Assembly (NCBI GenBank): GCA_963676795.2
Contig: CAXXTB010000002.1
Coordinates: 1,792,001-1,856,000, forward strand
Length of the DNA: 64,000 nt
Direction: 5' to 3'
Source: Geopsychrobacteraceae bacterium
GTDB lineage: Bacteria; Desulfobacterota; Desulfuromonadia; Desulfuromonadales; Geopsychrobacteraceae
Shown here piece after piece: positions 28,901 to 39,552 of the stretch (the stretch's first letter is position 1; each line of letters opens with the position of its first letter). The notes below the pieces were generated by a model that saw nothing but the letters and a program-made list of their open reading frames with translations, had not been told where the DNA came from and made no database searches. Made by a program: the position numbers and the translations under genes.

Positions 28901-30711
28901 TGATAGTTGATGGCAAAGCTCTTGATATAGACGGCTTTGCCGCCGACGGTCAGATCGGTATCGACCTCGTAGAGAACCCTGAGGCTGAGATTCTGCAGGA
29001 ATGGCATCAGGTCGTTGAGAAAATGCCTGTCAAAACTGTAATACTGCAGGCGGTAGTAATCCCCCTGATCATGAAAAGGTCCCCAGAGATCGAAGATATC
29101 CACTTCGAGGCTGCGCAGGGTTTCGAGATTGACAACATCCCGGACCGCGAAACGCGGATGCGTACGGGCCCGGTAATCCTGATCAAAAGCATCCCTGTAA
29201 TCAGCCCAGACCTTCTCACCAGAGTCGGGCAGAGATTTCTCCAGCAGACGCCTGAATTTCTGTTTCCAGGGCATTGCCAGTCGGGTCAGTCCGGTCTCCA
29301 GCTGGAGGATGTCAATCTCCACCTCCTTGCCCTTAAGGATCATATTGGCGTGCAGGCTCAGATAGTCACTGGCCAGATGGATCAGCCTGGTTTCAACTGT
29401 CAGCGCCTTGAAGTAGCGGCGCAGGTAGGCCTCCATACGCTCGATATTCTCCGGCAAATAATATTCGTTCGGCATGATCAGCAGCAGGGTCAACCCCTGC
29501 TCGGAGGCTCCCGGCGCGACAACCACCTTGACCCCGGCCTGACGGTGCATCAGGGTAAAGGACCGCAGCATGCGGCGCAGTTCGTCATCCCCCATCAGAA
29601 ACAGCTCAATCTTGGGAAAGCTGTTGATGATCTGCACAGTTTTCCGATAATTATGGCTGTCGTGTGAAATCTTCAGCTGCTGCTGGGCCGCTTCGATCCG
29701 CCGCCGCAGGGGCTCGATGGAATAGGCATTCTCATCAATACTCTTCTGGGTATAAAAGCCCCAGAAACAGTGCTCGCGAAAACGGTTATCATCCAGCGAC
29801 TCGCGAAAACCAAGGTAGGTCAGACGCTCAAAGCGATGCAAGGGACAGCGCAACTCGGTCTTTTCCAGGTCGACATTCTTGCCATGGCCAAGATAGGTAA
29901 AAACCAGGTCCGGGGTCAGCTGAAGGGTCTTGGTCTTACGATAGTACGGCTGATCGGTGAAATCGGTGAGCCCCAGCCGGGCACTCTCATCCTCGACGAA
30001 TTCGCTGACCTTGGCCGCGGCAGGATAGACATAGCTGCGGTATGCCACGGCGACGAAACTGTCCCCCTGCAGCCATCGGTAGAGGTCTTCGAAGCGGGAC
30101 AGCCCTTCAATCCGGGCGAGTTCGGCATAACGGGAGAAGATCGCCTGGCGATCTGCGTAAATACAGAGCGCGGCTTCAACAATCGTCCGCATCGCCTGCT
30201 CCAGGACCGTCAGATCCTCATCCGCCAGACGTTCCAGTTCGAGCCAGACGAACGACTCCTGAGCCATTTCCGCTTGCCCCTCACAGGCGCGCAGCAGGGT
30301 TCCGTTCTGACGCTCAACCGACAGTATGGGATGGCAGATCACGCGGAAGTGATAACCCTTGCGGTGCAGGTATTCCTGGATACTGAAGAAAATATGATTG
30401 GCATCGGGACTGTTGATGAGCAGATCATAGCTGCCGGGAGTGGCCAGCGGAATCAGCCCGACCTGAATGGTCTCCCTGCGTTCCTTGAGAAAATGACCGA
30501 CCTTGACGAGGTTCCGGACCTGGTTTTCCAACGACAACTGGATCTGTAACGTACGGGGTATTTCATACTGGAGGATCAGCGCCAGATCGAGCAGCAGGCC
30601 ATCCGGATCCACCTCCCCCTGCCTGGTCAACTCCTGCTGCAGTGCCTCACGGCTGAACGGCTGTCCGGACTGCTGCGCCTTGTTCCCGTGCCTTACGACC
30701 CTTACCTTCAT
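25951..30711 (-). CDS. Large NAD-specific glutamate dehydrogenase
   Basis: ~1590 aa; VARGGIRWSDR, KNAVIVP.GSKGGF, VVAADKGTA, GIGDMSGDVFGNG, EGGNLG. Confidence 0.93.
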   Translation of the reverse strand: MKVRVVRHGNKAQQSGQPFSREALQQELTRQGEVDPDGLLLDLALILQYEIPRTLQIQLSLENQVRNLVKVGHFLKERRETIQVGLIPLATPGSYDLLINSPDANHIFFSIQEYLHRKGYHFRVICHPILSVERQNGTLLRACEGQAEMAQESFVWLELERLADEDLTVLEQAMRTIVEAALCIYADRQAIFSRYAELARIEGLSRFEDLYRWLQGDSFVAVAYRSYVYPAAAKVSEFVEDESARLGLTDFTDQPYYRKTKTLQLTPDLVFTYLGHGKNVDLEKTELRCPLHRFERLTYLGFRESLDDNRFREHCFWGFYTQKSIDENAYSIEPLRRRIEAAQQQLKISHDSHNYRKTVQIINSFPKIELFLMGDDELRRMLRSFTLMHRQAGVKVVVAPGASEQGLTLLLIMPNEYYLPENIERMEAYLRRYFKALTVETRLIHLASDYLSLHANMILKGKEVEIDILQLETGLTRLAMPWKQKFRRLLEKSLPDSGEKVWADYRDAFDQDYRARTHPRFAVRDVVNLETLRSLEVDIFDLWGPFHDQGDYYRLQYYSFDRHFLNDLMPFLQNLSLRVLYEVDTDLTVGGKAVYIKSFAINYQSELDYARLKPLLIDTLTALCSGRVENDLLHQLLLLTGLTWHEIDVFRAYRNYYFQLGCPFTKKRIDDALIDNPGVSILLFRYFEGRFKPVADWADPLTREIDVLGPIRQDLVNALEQVSDPNEDRILRTLFNLIDSTIRTNFYLRYGQEDYFLSFKVSSLGVMDMPAPRPLYEVYVHSSTMEGIHLRGGKVARGGIRWSDRPDDFRTEVLGLVKAQMTKNAVIVPEGSKGGFITKRSSADREEQGRYVKEAYQTLMRGLLDLTDNRHGDEVVRPQGVVVYDDKDPYLVVAADKGTAHLSDTANAISKDYGFWLGDAFASGGSHGYDHKKLGITARGAWECVKRSFRELGTDIQNEPFSVVGIGDMSGDVFGNGMLLSKQIRLLAAFNHRHIFLDPDPDPQISWQERSRLFQLPRSGWDDYNPQLISKGGGVYSRQSKEIPVSKEVAAWLGIRPGSLEANELIRLLLKAKVDLIWNGGIGTYVKASVQTHEQVGDKGNDPLRVDGCELRCRVFGEGGNLGMTQLGRIEFALNGGLLNTDSIDNSGGVDSSDHEVNLKILLQVLRRRGVLADDQHGYELLEQIEEDVCQSVLANNYMQSLAISLDSLRCRKDVEPFMDQIERLSRAGLLDRQGEFLPNRKDVALRQPNHLTRPELSVLLAYSKMFLFRNLLDFEWPENPAVSNLLFDYFPDQIQAQYRELLPTHPLAREITATVLTNRVIGQSGCAFVQDCSRMTGRSQAEVACAYLLFDVLLDGPELRRAIFALDNRMPAERQYELLHRLEDLLGTFCTYALAYDMAIPKTPAEFEHIARQLKDYARMLPRVLPEDRWAVCLDERKRLISEGVAQLTAYKLSVLDSLFDFLPLICMSDTLALELERLARIHVLVQKTVGLDAVLDQLNRVSTRNSWDRRAREALLSSLHTVTVRLVQQVAGQNADQPERYFRERRQRLRNYETLKQALMTEVPQNYHPFTVLLRALEALLTSG

Positions 30712-30817
30712 CCCGTCACTCCTCATCCGCGAATTGAAAAGTTGAATCAATCCATTGAGATAGGTTCGCTAGAAAGATCATAAACGAGCAACTCGAGCTT
30801 AGCAAGCTAAGGCTTGA

Positions 30818-31615
30818 TCAACTCCTATGATTCTGCAGGAAAGCCGCCGCGAGCCGTGAGAAATCATCCAGATCGAGAGTCTCACCACGCCGCCCGGGAT
30901 CGATCCCGGCAGTCTTCAGAGCGGAATCGATCTGCTCGGCAGTGAAACCGGAGGCCAGCAAACTGTTGCGCAGCGTCTTGCGCCGCTGGGTAAAGGCCCC
31001 CTTGACGACCCGGACAAAAAAGGCCTCATCGACAGGATCGACGCGCGGGGTAGCGCGCAGGACAAACTTCAGCACGATCGAGTCAACCTTGGGCGGTGGG
31101 TTGAACGCACCAGGCTTGACGATGGTCACATTGCGCATCTCGTACCAGAGCTGACAGAGAACCGAAAGAATTCCGTAAGCCTTGCTGCCTGGTTCAGCGA
31201 GCAGGCGTTCGCCGACCTCGCGCTGGAACATCAGCACCATGCGACTGAAGAGATCGCGGTTTTCCAGCAGCTTGAAGACGATCTGGCTGGAGATATTATA
31301 GGGCAGATTGGCCACCAGAACGTAAGGCGCACGAACCAGCTGGCTCCTCCAGTTGCCCTTCAGGACATCACCGGCATGGATCGTCAGACGCGGTTCATTG
31401 CGCTGCTCAAGACGCTCGATCAGGTCACGGTCGATCTCCATGACCTCGACATGCTCGACAGCGTTGAGCAGTTCGTCCGTCAGCACGCCAAGACCGGGAC
31501 CGATCTCAACGACGGACTTTTCTCTGGTCAGTTCCGCAGCCGCCATGATCTTGTCGATCACCCCGTGATCATGCAGAAAGTGCTGTCCGAAACGTTTCTT
31601 GGTTTGATAAGCCAT
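30818..31615 (-). CDS. rsmA: 16S rRNA dimethyladenosine transferase
   Basis: KKRFGQHFL, EIGPGLG, ANLPYNIS, PPPKVDS, QRRKTLRNSL. Confidence 0.96.
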   Translation of the reverse strand: MAYQTKKRFGQHFLHDHGVIDKIMAAAELTREKSVVEIGPGLGVLTDELLNAVEHVEVMEIDRDLIERLEQRNEPRLTIHAGDVLKGNWRSQLVRAPYVLVANLPYNISSQIVFKLLENRDLFSRMVLMFQREVGERLLAEPGSKAYGILSVLCQLWYEMRNVTIVKPGAFNPPPKVDSIVLKFVLRATPRVDPVDEAFFVRVVKGAFTQRRKTLRNSLLASGFTAEQIDSALKTAGIDPGRRGETLDLDDFSRLAAAFLQNHRS

Positions 31616-31672
31616 TGCCATCCTTTTTATGTGATCTAGTTGCCTGTCGGAAACTCCGAAAGCCACCCTGTG

Positions 31673-31815
31673 AGTTTTCAGATTGGAAACGAGCAATTTT
31701 TTGCAAGATCAAGGAAATCGAGCCATTGCGCGGAGGCGAAGCACTTTACGCCGCACAAGCAAGGGTGAAGGTTGACGCCGAGATTGCGAAAAAGGGCCGT
31801 TTCCAGCTGAAAACT
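31673..31815. repeat. Palindromic MITE-like intergenic element
   Basis: Terminal IRs AGTTTTCAG.TTGGAAACG ... CGTTTCCAGCTGAAAACT with internal imperfect dyad; one end overlaps the TAG of the DUF2062 gene. Confidence 0.65.
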
Positions 31816-32287
31816 ATCTGCGCCGCGGCCAGCGCGGAATCTTCCAGGTTCTCAAAACCGGAACAAAACGAACACCCAGCGCATAGGTGATAATTGCGGC
31901 AGGAATACCAAGCACCAGGCTGCCGAGGCAGAGCGGCAGGATAACCTTGGCGCCCATGTGCCAACTCAAGTGAAGATCGAAGAAATGCTTCGAATAGATC
32001 GGCGGCATTCTCAGCAGCAAGCGTCCCACTTCGTACTCAAGCCCGTAGATAAACGGAGCCGTCAGCGGGTTGGTCACCCAAACCCCGATGAAGGTTGCCA
32101 GCTTGTTCTGGCGCAGCAGCATCGCCAAGACAATCGCCAGTATCAACTGAATGCCTAAGGTCGGCGAAAAACCGATGAAGACACCCAGCGCCAGTCCGCG
32201 TGCCACGGCATCCGTGTGCGACTGAATGCGCGCCAGACGGATGACGTTCAACTTGAACTGCCGGAACAGCCCCCAACGCCGCCACAT
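31814..32287 (-). CDS. DUF2062 membrane protein
   Basis: VARGLALGVFIGFSP, WVTNPLT, YEVGRLLL. Confidence 0.85.
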   Translation of the reverse strand: MWRRWGLFRQFKLNVIRLARIQSHTDAVARGLALGVFIGFSPTLGIQLILAIVLAMLLRQNKLATFIGVWVTNPLTAPFIYGLEYEVGRLLLRMPPIYSKHFFDLHLSWHMGAKVILPLCLGSLVLGIPAAIITYALGVRFVPVLRTWKIPRWPRRR

Positions 32288-32290
32288 GAT

Positions 32291-33304
32291 TCAGGGCACC
32301 AACTGTTCAAGCGGCCAGCTTGAAACGGCATTGAGGTCAAGTGCCTCACGCCGCCCGGCGTTCAGATAATAATCGCCCGCAACAGCGAGCATCGCGGAGT
32401 TGTCAGCACAGAGCTTCGGCGAAGGGAAATGGACACTACGGCCTGTCCCCGCGGTCAGCTCGGCGAAAGCCTTGCGCAAGCCGGAATTACAGGCGACCCC
32501 GCCGGCGACGACAATGCGCCCCAGCTTGTGCTCATCAGCTGCTCGCAAGACCTTCTGGGTGATAACATCAACCACAGCCGCCTGAAAAGCGCAGGCGATC
32601 TGAGCGACCTGCGTTTCATCCGGGGCGGACTTGAGACGCTGCAGATGGTTGAGCACCGCGGTCTTGACACCGGAAAAACTGAAATCGTAGGTATCCTTCT
32701 TCAGCAATGGACGGGGGAATTTGAGACCGCCGTCATCCCCCTGCTGCGCCAGCTTATCGATGAGCGGGCCGCCCGGGTAGCCGAGGCCAAGCATCTTGGC
32801 CACCTTGTCGAAAGCTTCTCCGGCGGCATCATCGACGGTTCGCCCGAGCAACTGGTAACGACCGATGCCGTCGACCCGGTAGATGTGCGTATGGCCGCCG
32901 GAAACAGCCAGCGCCAGAAAGGGGTATTCAACCCGCTGTTCGAGCTGAATTGCCAGGATATGCCCTTCGATATGATGGGCACCGACCAGCGGGATACCCA
33001 GCGCATAGGCATAGGCCTTGGCGAAGGACAGACCGACCAGCAGTGCACCGATCAGCCCCGGGCCTCGGGTCACGACGACACCTTCGAGATCCTCCTTGGC
33101 AACCCCGGCCTCGGCAAGGGCCTGAGCCACCAGTGGACCGATCACCTCAAGATGACGCCGCGACGCCAGCTCGGGGACGACCCCACCATAGACTGCGTGC
33201 AGCTCGACCTGCGAAGCGATCAGGTTGGACAAGACCTCACGGCCGTCGCGCACGACAGCCGCGGAGGTTTCATCACAGGAACTTTCTATTGCCAGCACCA
33301 GCAT
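32291..33304 (-). CDS. tsaD: tRNA t6A threonylcarbamoyltransferase
   Basis: IESSCDET, GGVVPELASRRH, HHIEGH, SGGHT, DDAAGEAFDK. Confidence 0.97.
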   Translation of the reverse strand: MLVLAIESSCDETSAAVVRDGREVLSNLIASQVELHAVYGGVVPELASRRHLEVIGPLVAQALAEAGVAKEDLEGVVVTRGPGLIGALLVGLSFAKAYAYALGIPLVGAHHIEGHILAIQLEQRVEYPFLALAVSGGHTHIYRVDGIGRYQLLGRTVDDAAGEAFDKVAKMLGLGYPGGPLIDKLAQQGDDGGLKFPRPLLKKDTYDFSFSGVKTAVLNHLQRLKSAPDETQVAQIACAFQAAVVDVITQKVLRAADEHKLGRIVVAGGVACNSGLRKAFAELTAGTGRSVHFPSPKLCADNSAMLAVAGDYYLNAGRREALDLNAVSSWPLEQLVP

Positions 33305-33331
33305 AAACAGCTATCCAGTTCGTTATCACAG

Positions 33332-34651
33332 TTACAGGAGGTTTGCCGCCAGCTCCGCCAGAGGAGAACGTTCTCCCCTGCTGAGCGTGCTATGCCCCGC
33401 GATCTCCTGCCCCTTGAGTCGCTCGACGGAATAGGACAGACCGTTACTTGCCGAATCAACATAGGGGTTGTCGATCTGCTGCGGGTCACCGGTCAGGACA
33501 ATCTTGGTCCCCTCGCCGGCCCGGGTAATGATCGTTTTGATCTCATGGGGGGTCAGGTTCTGCGCCTCGTCGACAATCATGTACTGCTTCGGGATGGAGC
33601 GCCCGCGGATATAGGTCAAAGGCTCGATCTCCATCAGGCCCATATCGATCAGCTCGCGATAACCACGCTTGCGCTTGCCCACTTCGTCATAGCTTGACAG
33701 CAGCAGCTCGACGTTGTCAAAAATCGGCTGCATCCAAGGCGCCAGTTTTTCTTCGACATCACCGGGCAGGAAGCCGAGATCACGCCCCATCGGGAAGACC
33801 GGCCTGGAGACCAGCAAACGGTGATAGGCGTTCTCATCAGCCGTCTTGAGCAGACCGGCGGCGATGGCCAGCAGGGTTTTACCGGTTCCGGCCTTGCCGA
33901 CCAGGGAAACCAGTTGAATCTCGTCATTGAGCAGCAGATCGAGAGCGAAGTGCTGTTCACGGTTACGCGGGATGATACCCCAGACCCCTTCTTTGGGAAT
34001 CTTGATCAGGGGAACAAGCTGCCTGCGCACGGCATCGTAGCGGCCGAGTGCGGTTTGAGACGGATTCGCTTCGTTGACCAGGGTCACCCCCTGATTGGCG
34101 AACAGCTCCACATCTGTATCGAGATAGCCTTGAGAATAGAAAAGATCGACATGTTCCTTGTCAACCAGCAGTTCAGTCGAGCCGGTGTAGAGATCTTCAA
34201 GCGACACCTTGTCGTTCTGGTAATCTTCAGCACGCATGCCGATGGTATCGGCCTTGATGCGCAGGTTGATATCCTTGGTGACAAAGATCACCCGTTCATC
34301 GGGCATATCATCCTGCAGCCCCTTGGCAACAGCCAGGATACAGTTGTCACCACGCTCGGCGCGTAATTCCGGCGGCAGTTTCTGGAGCAAAGCGGTGTTA
34401 TAGATAGCCACCTTGAGGAGTCCGCCATTCTCCAGGGGGACACCTTCAACCAGCTTCGCCGTCAGGCGGAACTCATCGATCATCCGGGAAATCTGCCGGG
34501 CATTGCGTCCCGTCTCGCTCTGCTCCTTTTTAAACCGGTCGATCTCTTCGATGACAGTCAGCGGAACGATGACCGTATTATCGGAAAACTTCAGAAATGC
34601 CTGCGGATCGTGCAACAGCACGTTGGTATCAAGGACGTAAGTCTTCTTCAT
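33332..34651 (-). CDS. PIN-PhoH ATPase (PhoH2/YlaK)
   Basis: VLDTNVLLHD (PIN), GKAGTGKT, LGFLPG, RGRS, DEAQN. Confidence 0.93.
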   Translation of the reverse strand: MKKTYVLDTNVLLHDPQAFLKFSDNTVIVPLTVIEEIDRFKKEQSETGRNARQISRMIDEFRLTAKLVEGVPLENGGLLKVAIYNTALLQKLPPELRAERGDNCILAVAKGLQDDMPDERVIFVTKDINLRIKADTIGMRAEDYQNDKVSLEDLYTGSTELLVDKEHVDLFYSQGYLDTDVELFANQGVTLVNEANPSQTALGRYDAVRRQLVPLIKIPKEGVWGIIPRNREQHFALDLLLNDEIQLVSLVGKAGTGKTLLAIAAGLLKTADENAYHRLLVSRPVFPMGRDLGFLPGDVEEKLAPWMQPIFDNVELLLSSYDEVGKRKRGYRELIDMGLMEIEPLTYIRGRSIPKQYMIVDEAQNLTPHEIKTIITRAGEGTKIVLTGDPQQIDNPYVDSASNGLSYSVERLKGQEIAGHSTLSRGERSPLAELAANLL

Positions 34652-34696
34652 ATCTTCCCAATTTCCTCCATTGCTTCAGCCCGCGATTGCAGGCAA

Positions 34697-35839
34697 TTAC
34701 AAAATGGCGCGCAGCGCCGCAAAAAAACGGTCCAGTTCTGCTGGTGTGGTAAAGAATCCGGGACTGATCCGCACTGTTCCTCGCGGAAAAGTTCCGATCG
34801 TCCGGTGCGCATCGGCTGCACAATGCAGGCCGATCCGGACCGCGATTCTCTGCTGGTTGAGCAGAAAGCCGATCTCCGCTGGGTCACGGTCCGTCAGGTT
34901 GAAAGAGATGACTGCACCACGCTCAGACGGGGCAACAGGACCGTAAAGTTCAATACCGGTGATCCCCGCCAGGCCACTATACAATCGTTCAATGTATTCC
35001 AGCTCTCTGGCTCTGACCGTCGCCAGGCCGGTCTCAAGCAGAAAATCAAGAGCAGCGTTCAGACCGGCCAGGGCCGGCAGGTTGTGGGTACCACTCTCGT
35101 AACGCTCCGGCCTGTGCTGCGGCTGACGATCGGAATCGGAATTGTTACCGGTCCCACCAAAAATAAGCGGACGCGGATCGATCCCCTCTGCGCAGTAGAG
35201 AAACCCGGTCCCCTGGGGGCCGAGCAGCCCCTTATGCCCCGGAGCCGCATAGAGGTCGGCCTGAAGTTCGGCGATGCTGATCGGCATTGTGCCGGCCACC
35301 TGGGAACCGTCTACCATAAACAGTATCCCCTGCTGACGGCACCAGGCGCCAAGTCCATCGAGATGCTGAATCGCGCCACTGACATTTGAGCATTGGGTCA
35401 CTATCAGTAATCGGGTCGGCTTGTCAAGACATGCCTGCTTCAACTGCTCACTGGCGATCTGGCTGGTGTATGGATCGGCTGCGACCTTGACAACCTCGAC
35501 AGCGCGGTCCTGAAGTTCACGCAGCGGCCTGATCACGGCATTGTGTTCGAGCATCGAGGTCACAACCCGGTCTCCCGGCTGGAGCAAACCGAAGAGGGCC
35601 AGGTTTATCGCATGTGTCGCGTTTGAGGTGATAATGAAATTTTCCGAATCAGCGACGTCAAACAGTTCGGCCAGTTTTTCGCGCGTCTCGAAGATGAGCC
35701 TGTCGGCATTCATCGTCTGGCTGTGGCTGCCCCGGCCGATGCTGCCGCCGCTACGCAGATAACGGTCAACGGCCAGGTAAACGGCTTCCGGTTTGGGGTG
35801 GGACGTTGCTGCATTATCGAGGTAAAGGGTTTCGCTCAT
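34697..35839 (-). CDS. Cysteine desulfurase family protein (class V PLP)
   Basis: YLDNAATS.PKP, PGHKGLLGPQGTG, VRIGLHCA (catalytic Cys). Confidence 0.9.
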   Translation of the reverse strand: MSETLYLDNAATSHPKPEAVYLAVDRYLRSGGSIGRGSHSQTMNADRLIFETREKLAELFDVADSENFIITSNATHAINLALFGLLQPGDRVVTSMLEHNAVIRPLRELQDRAVEVVKVAADPYTSQIASEQLKQACLDKPTRLLIVTQCSNVSGAIQHLDGLGAWCRQQGILFMVDGSQVAGTMPISIAELQADLYAAPGHKGLLGPQGTGFLYCAEGIDPRPLIFGGTGNNSDSDRQPQHRPERYESGTHNLPALAGLNAALDFLLETGLATVRARELEYIERLYSGLAGITGIELYGPVAPSERGAVISFNLTDRDPAEIGFLLNQQRIAVRIGLHCAADAHRTIGTFPRGTVRISPGFFTTPAELDRFFAALRAIL

Positions 35840-36025
35840 CAGTTCCACAATCGTTGATAATATTGATCCAGCAGAATACTCAATATTAACCAAGACGACA
35901 AGCCTTTGTCTTAGCCGGCACCGACGAGTTGCTCACTGCATCCTGCGAGCGGAAAAATTAGCGGCTCAATAGAATCCTCCTGAAAAGATTAATTTTCCAT
36001 GATCTCGTTCATCCTCTCTTGACAG

Positions 36026-36072
36026 ACACTACATATAGTGGTCTATATTCATCCTTGGCAAAGATATTGTGC
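36026..36072 (+). promoter_or_regulatory. Tandem NrdR boxes
   Basis: ACACTACATATAGTGG (36026) and GGCAAAGATATTGTGC (36057), 31 bp apart, next to TTGACA at 36019. Confidence 0.8.
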
Positions 36073-36211
36073 CAACTGCCATTTATTATTATTTTTCACA
36101 TAGTTGAAATTTTATTCGGTTTTCTATCGGGGAGCACGTGCAGCGCATTGCCTTTTTATGCCCGCCGTAATAACTGCACGATGGCACACAACAAAAAATA
36201 AGGGTGATAAA

Positions 36212-39097
36212 ATGGATTCAAAGACGAACTTGGAGCAACAAGGAGTAGCCATGCACGAACGCGAGTGGCAAAGCGTAAGTCTCGATGTTTTGCGTGAAAA
36301 GTACGCAAAAGGCGATGAACAGAATCTCGCTGGCGAAGCGATGGTCCTGTCGATCCGGCAACGTGTCGCTGCGGCACTGGCCAAACAGGAAAGCGATCCT
36401 GCCAAGTTCGAAAGTCTCTTCCTGAAAACCCTGGAGAGCGGCTTTATCCCCGGCGGCCGGATCAACAGCGCAGCCGGTGCCAACATCAAGAACGTCACCC
36501 TGATCAACTGCTTCGTCCAGCCGGTCGGCGACAGCATCTCCAGCACTGTTGACGGCAAGGTCGGCATCTATCACGCCCTGCTCGAGGCCGCAGAGACCAT
36601 GCGTCGCGGTGGCGGCGTCGGCTATGACTTCAGCTCGATCAGACCAGCCGGCGCCAAGGTCATCGGTACGGCAAGTTCGGCATCAGGGCCGGTCTCCTAT
36701 ATGCACGTCTTCGATCAATCCTGCTCGACAGTCGAATCCGCCGGTTCCAGGCGCGGTGCCCAGATGGGTGTTCTGCGCTGTGATCACCCGGATATTGTCC
36801 AGTTCATTCAGGCCAAATCCCAATCGGGAAAACTCAACAACTTCAACATTTCCGTCGGCATCACCGATGAGTTCATGAATGCGGTCGTCAACGAGACCCC
36901 GTTCGAACTGGTCCACAAGTCCGAACCGAGCAATTCGGTCAAGGCGGCTGGTGCCTATCAGCGCGAAGACGGGATGTGGGTCTACAATAGAGTCAATCCC
37001 AAAGAGATCTGGGACAAGATCATGGAAAGCACCTACAACGCTGCAGAGCCGGGTGTTTTGTTCCTCGACCGGATCAACCAGGAAAACAATCTTCACTACT
37101 GTGAAAAAATCGAGGCGACCAATCCGTGCGGCGAGATCCCGATTCCGGATTACGGCTGCTGCTGCCTCGGCAGTATCAACCTGTGCAACTTTATCGAAGC
37201 GCCCTTCTCCGCTGATGCCGCATTCAATTTCGAGTCTTTCGCCGAAACGGTCGCAACCGCCGTGCGCATGCTCGACAACGTCCTCGACACAACGGCCTGG
37301 CCACTGGAGCAACAGGCCAAGGAAGCCAGCGACAAGCGGCGCGTCGGCCTCGGCTTCACCGGCCTGGGTGATGCCCTGATCATGCTCGACCTGAAATACG
37401 ACAGTCAGCAGGGCCGTGATTTTGCCGCTGACCTGACCCGCCGCATGCGCGACGCCGCATACCTGTCTTCAGTCGAACTGGCCAAGGAAAAAGGGCCGTT
37501 CCCCAAACTGGACAGAGAGGCCTTCCTGAACAGCGGTATGGCCAAGCGCCTGCCCAAAGAGATTCGTGACGCGATCAAAAAACACGGTATCCGCAACAGC
37601 CACCTGCTCAGTATCGCACCGACCGGGACCATCTCCCTGGCCTTCGGTGACAACTGTTCCAACGGTCTGGAGCCGGCCTTCTCCTGGTTCTACACCAGAA
37701 AGAAGAACGAGGCCGACGGTACCCAGAAAGAGTACCTGGTCGAGGATCACGCCTATCGCGTCTATCGTGAACAGGGTGGTGACACCAAGGAGCTGCCGGA
37801 AGCCTTCGTCAGCGCCCTGGAAATCAGCGCCAACGACCATATGTTGATGCAGGCAGCTATTCAGCCCTACATCTGCGCCTCGATTTCTAAAACGGTCAAC
37901 GTCCCGGCTGAGTACCCCTTTACCCAGTTCAAGGATCTCTATGTCAACGCCTGGAAAAATGGCCTGAAGGGGATCACCACCTACCGTCCGAACGAGATTC
38001 TCGGCAGTGTCCTTTCGCTGGCCGATAACGAAACTGGCAAGATCAACGACCTGGATCAATCCGATCCGGACAGAAAGATGGTGATCACCGATACCCCGAA
38101 CATCGCCCTCGCCTCCTTGCGCTGGGTGCATCGCCCGTTCGTCGCAGGCGGCACGCCATCGGTGACCTATCTCATCGACAACGAGGATCATCGCTTTGCC
38201 GTCTTCATCAGCCACATGGAAAACGGCAAGCCGCATCCGTTCGAAGTCTGGGTCAACGGCCAGGACGTCCCACATGGCCTGCAGGCCCTGGCCAAGAACA
38301 TCTCGATGGATATGCGCAGCGAAGATCGCGAGTGGCTGAAGATCAAGCTCGACTCCCTGTCGAAAACCACCACCGTCCCCTTCGAGATGACCATGCCGAA
38401 CGGCGTCAAGAAGATCGTACCGGGCAGCGTCAGCGCCTTTGCCCAGCTGATCGCCCATCGCTGTGAAGAACTGGGTATTTTCGCTGAGAGCCAGCCAACC
38501 CCTCTGGTCGACGCAATGTTCAGCCGCAAGGAACCAAAATCGGGAACCGACGGAACCCTGTCCTGGACCGTCGACATCCGCAACCCGTCGACCGGTGACG
38601 ACTTCGCCATGTTCGTCAAGGAATGTATCCTGCCGGATGGCACCCACAGACCTTACAGTGTCTGGTTCTCGGGTGAATACCCGATCGATTTCGACGGAGT
38701 CACCAAGAGCCTGAGCCTTGACATGCGCGTGCTTGACCCGGCCTGGATCAGCAAGAAACTGCGCGGCCTGAAGGATCTGCCGAAGTCACAGGGCGACTTC
38801 TTTGCCCGCGTTCCCGGTTCGGAAAAACAGGCCAACCAGCCGAGCACCATCGCCTATGTTGCGCGCCTGCTGATCCACCGCTACAACATGCTCGGTCTGC
38901 TTGACGAAAATGGCTATCCGGTCAACGAGCTCGGCATGCTCAAGCTGCAGCAGGAAGAACCGGTGGCCAAGGATGAGAAGGTTGTCAACATGCGCGTTGC
39001 CGGAAAAATCTGCAAGGAATGCAAAACTATGTCGGTGATACGCCGTGACGGTTGCGATTTCTGTACCGCATGTGGTTATATAGGCGCCTGCGGCTGA
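36212..39097 (+). CDS. nrdJ: Class II (AdoCbl) ribonucleotide reductase
   Basis: [36 protein letters not shown]-terminal Zn ribbon; start 36212 or 36251. Confidence 0.95.
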   Translation: MDSKTNLEQQGVAMHEREWQSVSLDVLREKYAKGDEQNLAGEAMVLSIRQRVAAALAKQESDPAKFESLFLKTLESGFIPGGRINSAAGANIKNVTLINCFVQPVGDSISSTVDGKVGIYHALLEAAETMRRGGGVGYDFSSIRPAGAKVIGTASSASGPVSYMHVFDQSCSTVESAGSRRGAQMGVLRCDHPDIVQFIQAKSQSGKLNNFNISVGITDEFMNAVVNETPFELVHKSEPSNSVKAAGAYQREDGMWVYNRVNPKEIWDKIMESTYNAAEPGVLFLDRINQENNLHYCEKIEATNPCGEIPIPDYGCCCLGSINLCNFIEAPFSADAAFNFESFAETVATAVRMLDNVLDTTAWPLEQQAKEASDKRRVGLGFTGLGDALIMLDLKYDSQQGRDFAADLTRRMRDAAYLSSVELAKEKGPFPKLDREAFLNSGMAKRLPKEIRDAIKKHGIRNSHLLSIAPTGTISLAFGDNCSNGLEPAFSWFYTRKKNEADGTQKEYLVEDHAYRVYREQGGDTKELPEAFVSALEISANDHMLMQAAIQPYICASISKTVNVPAEYPFTQFKDLYVNAWKNGLKGITTYRPNEILGSVLSLADNETGKINDLDQSDPDRKMVITDTPNIALASLRWVHRPFVAGGTPSVTYLIDNEDHRFAVFISHMENGKPHPFEVWVNGQDVPHGLQALAKNISMDMRSEDREWLKIKLDSLSKTTTVPFEMTMPNGVKKIVPGSVSAFAQLIAHRCEELGIFAESQPTPLVDAMFSRKEPKSGTDGTLSWTVDIRNPSTGDDFAMFVKECILPDGTHRPYSVWFSGEYPIDFDGVTKSLSLDMRVLDPAWISKKLRGLKDLPKSQGDFFARVPGSEKQANQPSTIAYVARLLIHRYNMLGLLDENGYPVNELGMLKLQQEEPVAKDEKVVNMRVAGKICKECKTMSVIRRDGCDFCTACGYIGACG

Positions 39098-39123
39098 TCG
39101 CCGCAGAGACTGTTCAATCAATC

Positions 39124-39150
39124 AAGGGCAGCTTAGGCTGCCCTTTTTTT
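39124..39150 (+). terminator. Intrinsic terminator after nrdJ
   Basis: AAGGGCAGC-TTAG-GCTGCCCTTTTTTTT. Confidence 0.8.
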
Positions 39151-39208
39151 GTCGCCTGATACAGTCATAGTTATTCATATCCAAACCAGCAGCAGAAAAG
39201 AGGAATCA

Positions 39209-39550
39209 ATGAGCGAATATCCCGCCTGCCCGCAATGTCAGTCCGTCTATACCTATGAAGACCGTGGTCTTTATATCTGTCCGGAATGTGCCTTTGAGTG
39301 GACCGCCAACGACGCGACCGGCGTTGAAGAGGATAGTCTGGTCGTCAAGGATGCTCACGGAACCCAACTGGCCGATGGGGATGATGTCACCGTCATCAAG
39401 GACCTCAAGGTCAAGGGAGCGTCCACACCTCTCAAGGTTGGCACCAAGGTCCGCAACATCCGCCTCTGCGAGGGAGACCACAACATCGACTGCAAAATCG
39501 ATGGTTTCGGCCCGATGAAACTCAAGTCGGAATTCGTCAAAAAAGCCTGA
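39209..39550 (+). CDS. phnA: PhnA/YjdM zinc-ribbon protein
   Basis: [43 protein letters not shown]. Confidence 0.9.
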   Translation: MSEYPACPQCQSVYTYEDRGLYICPECAFEWTANDATGVEEDSLVVKDAHGTQLADGDDVTVIKDLKVKGASTPLKVGTKVRNIRLCEGDHNIDCKIDGFGPMKLKSEFVKKA

Positions 39551-39552
39551 CC

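Noticed and set aside
33332..34651. PIN-PhoH as a toxin-antitoxin module
   Set aside because: No small upstream antitoxin; sits in a housekeeping operon with tsaD and rsmA
36073..36211. Cobalamin riboswitch before nrdJ
   Set aside because: No recognisable B12-box or conserved core
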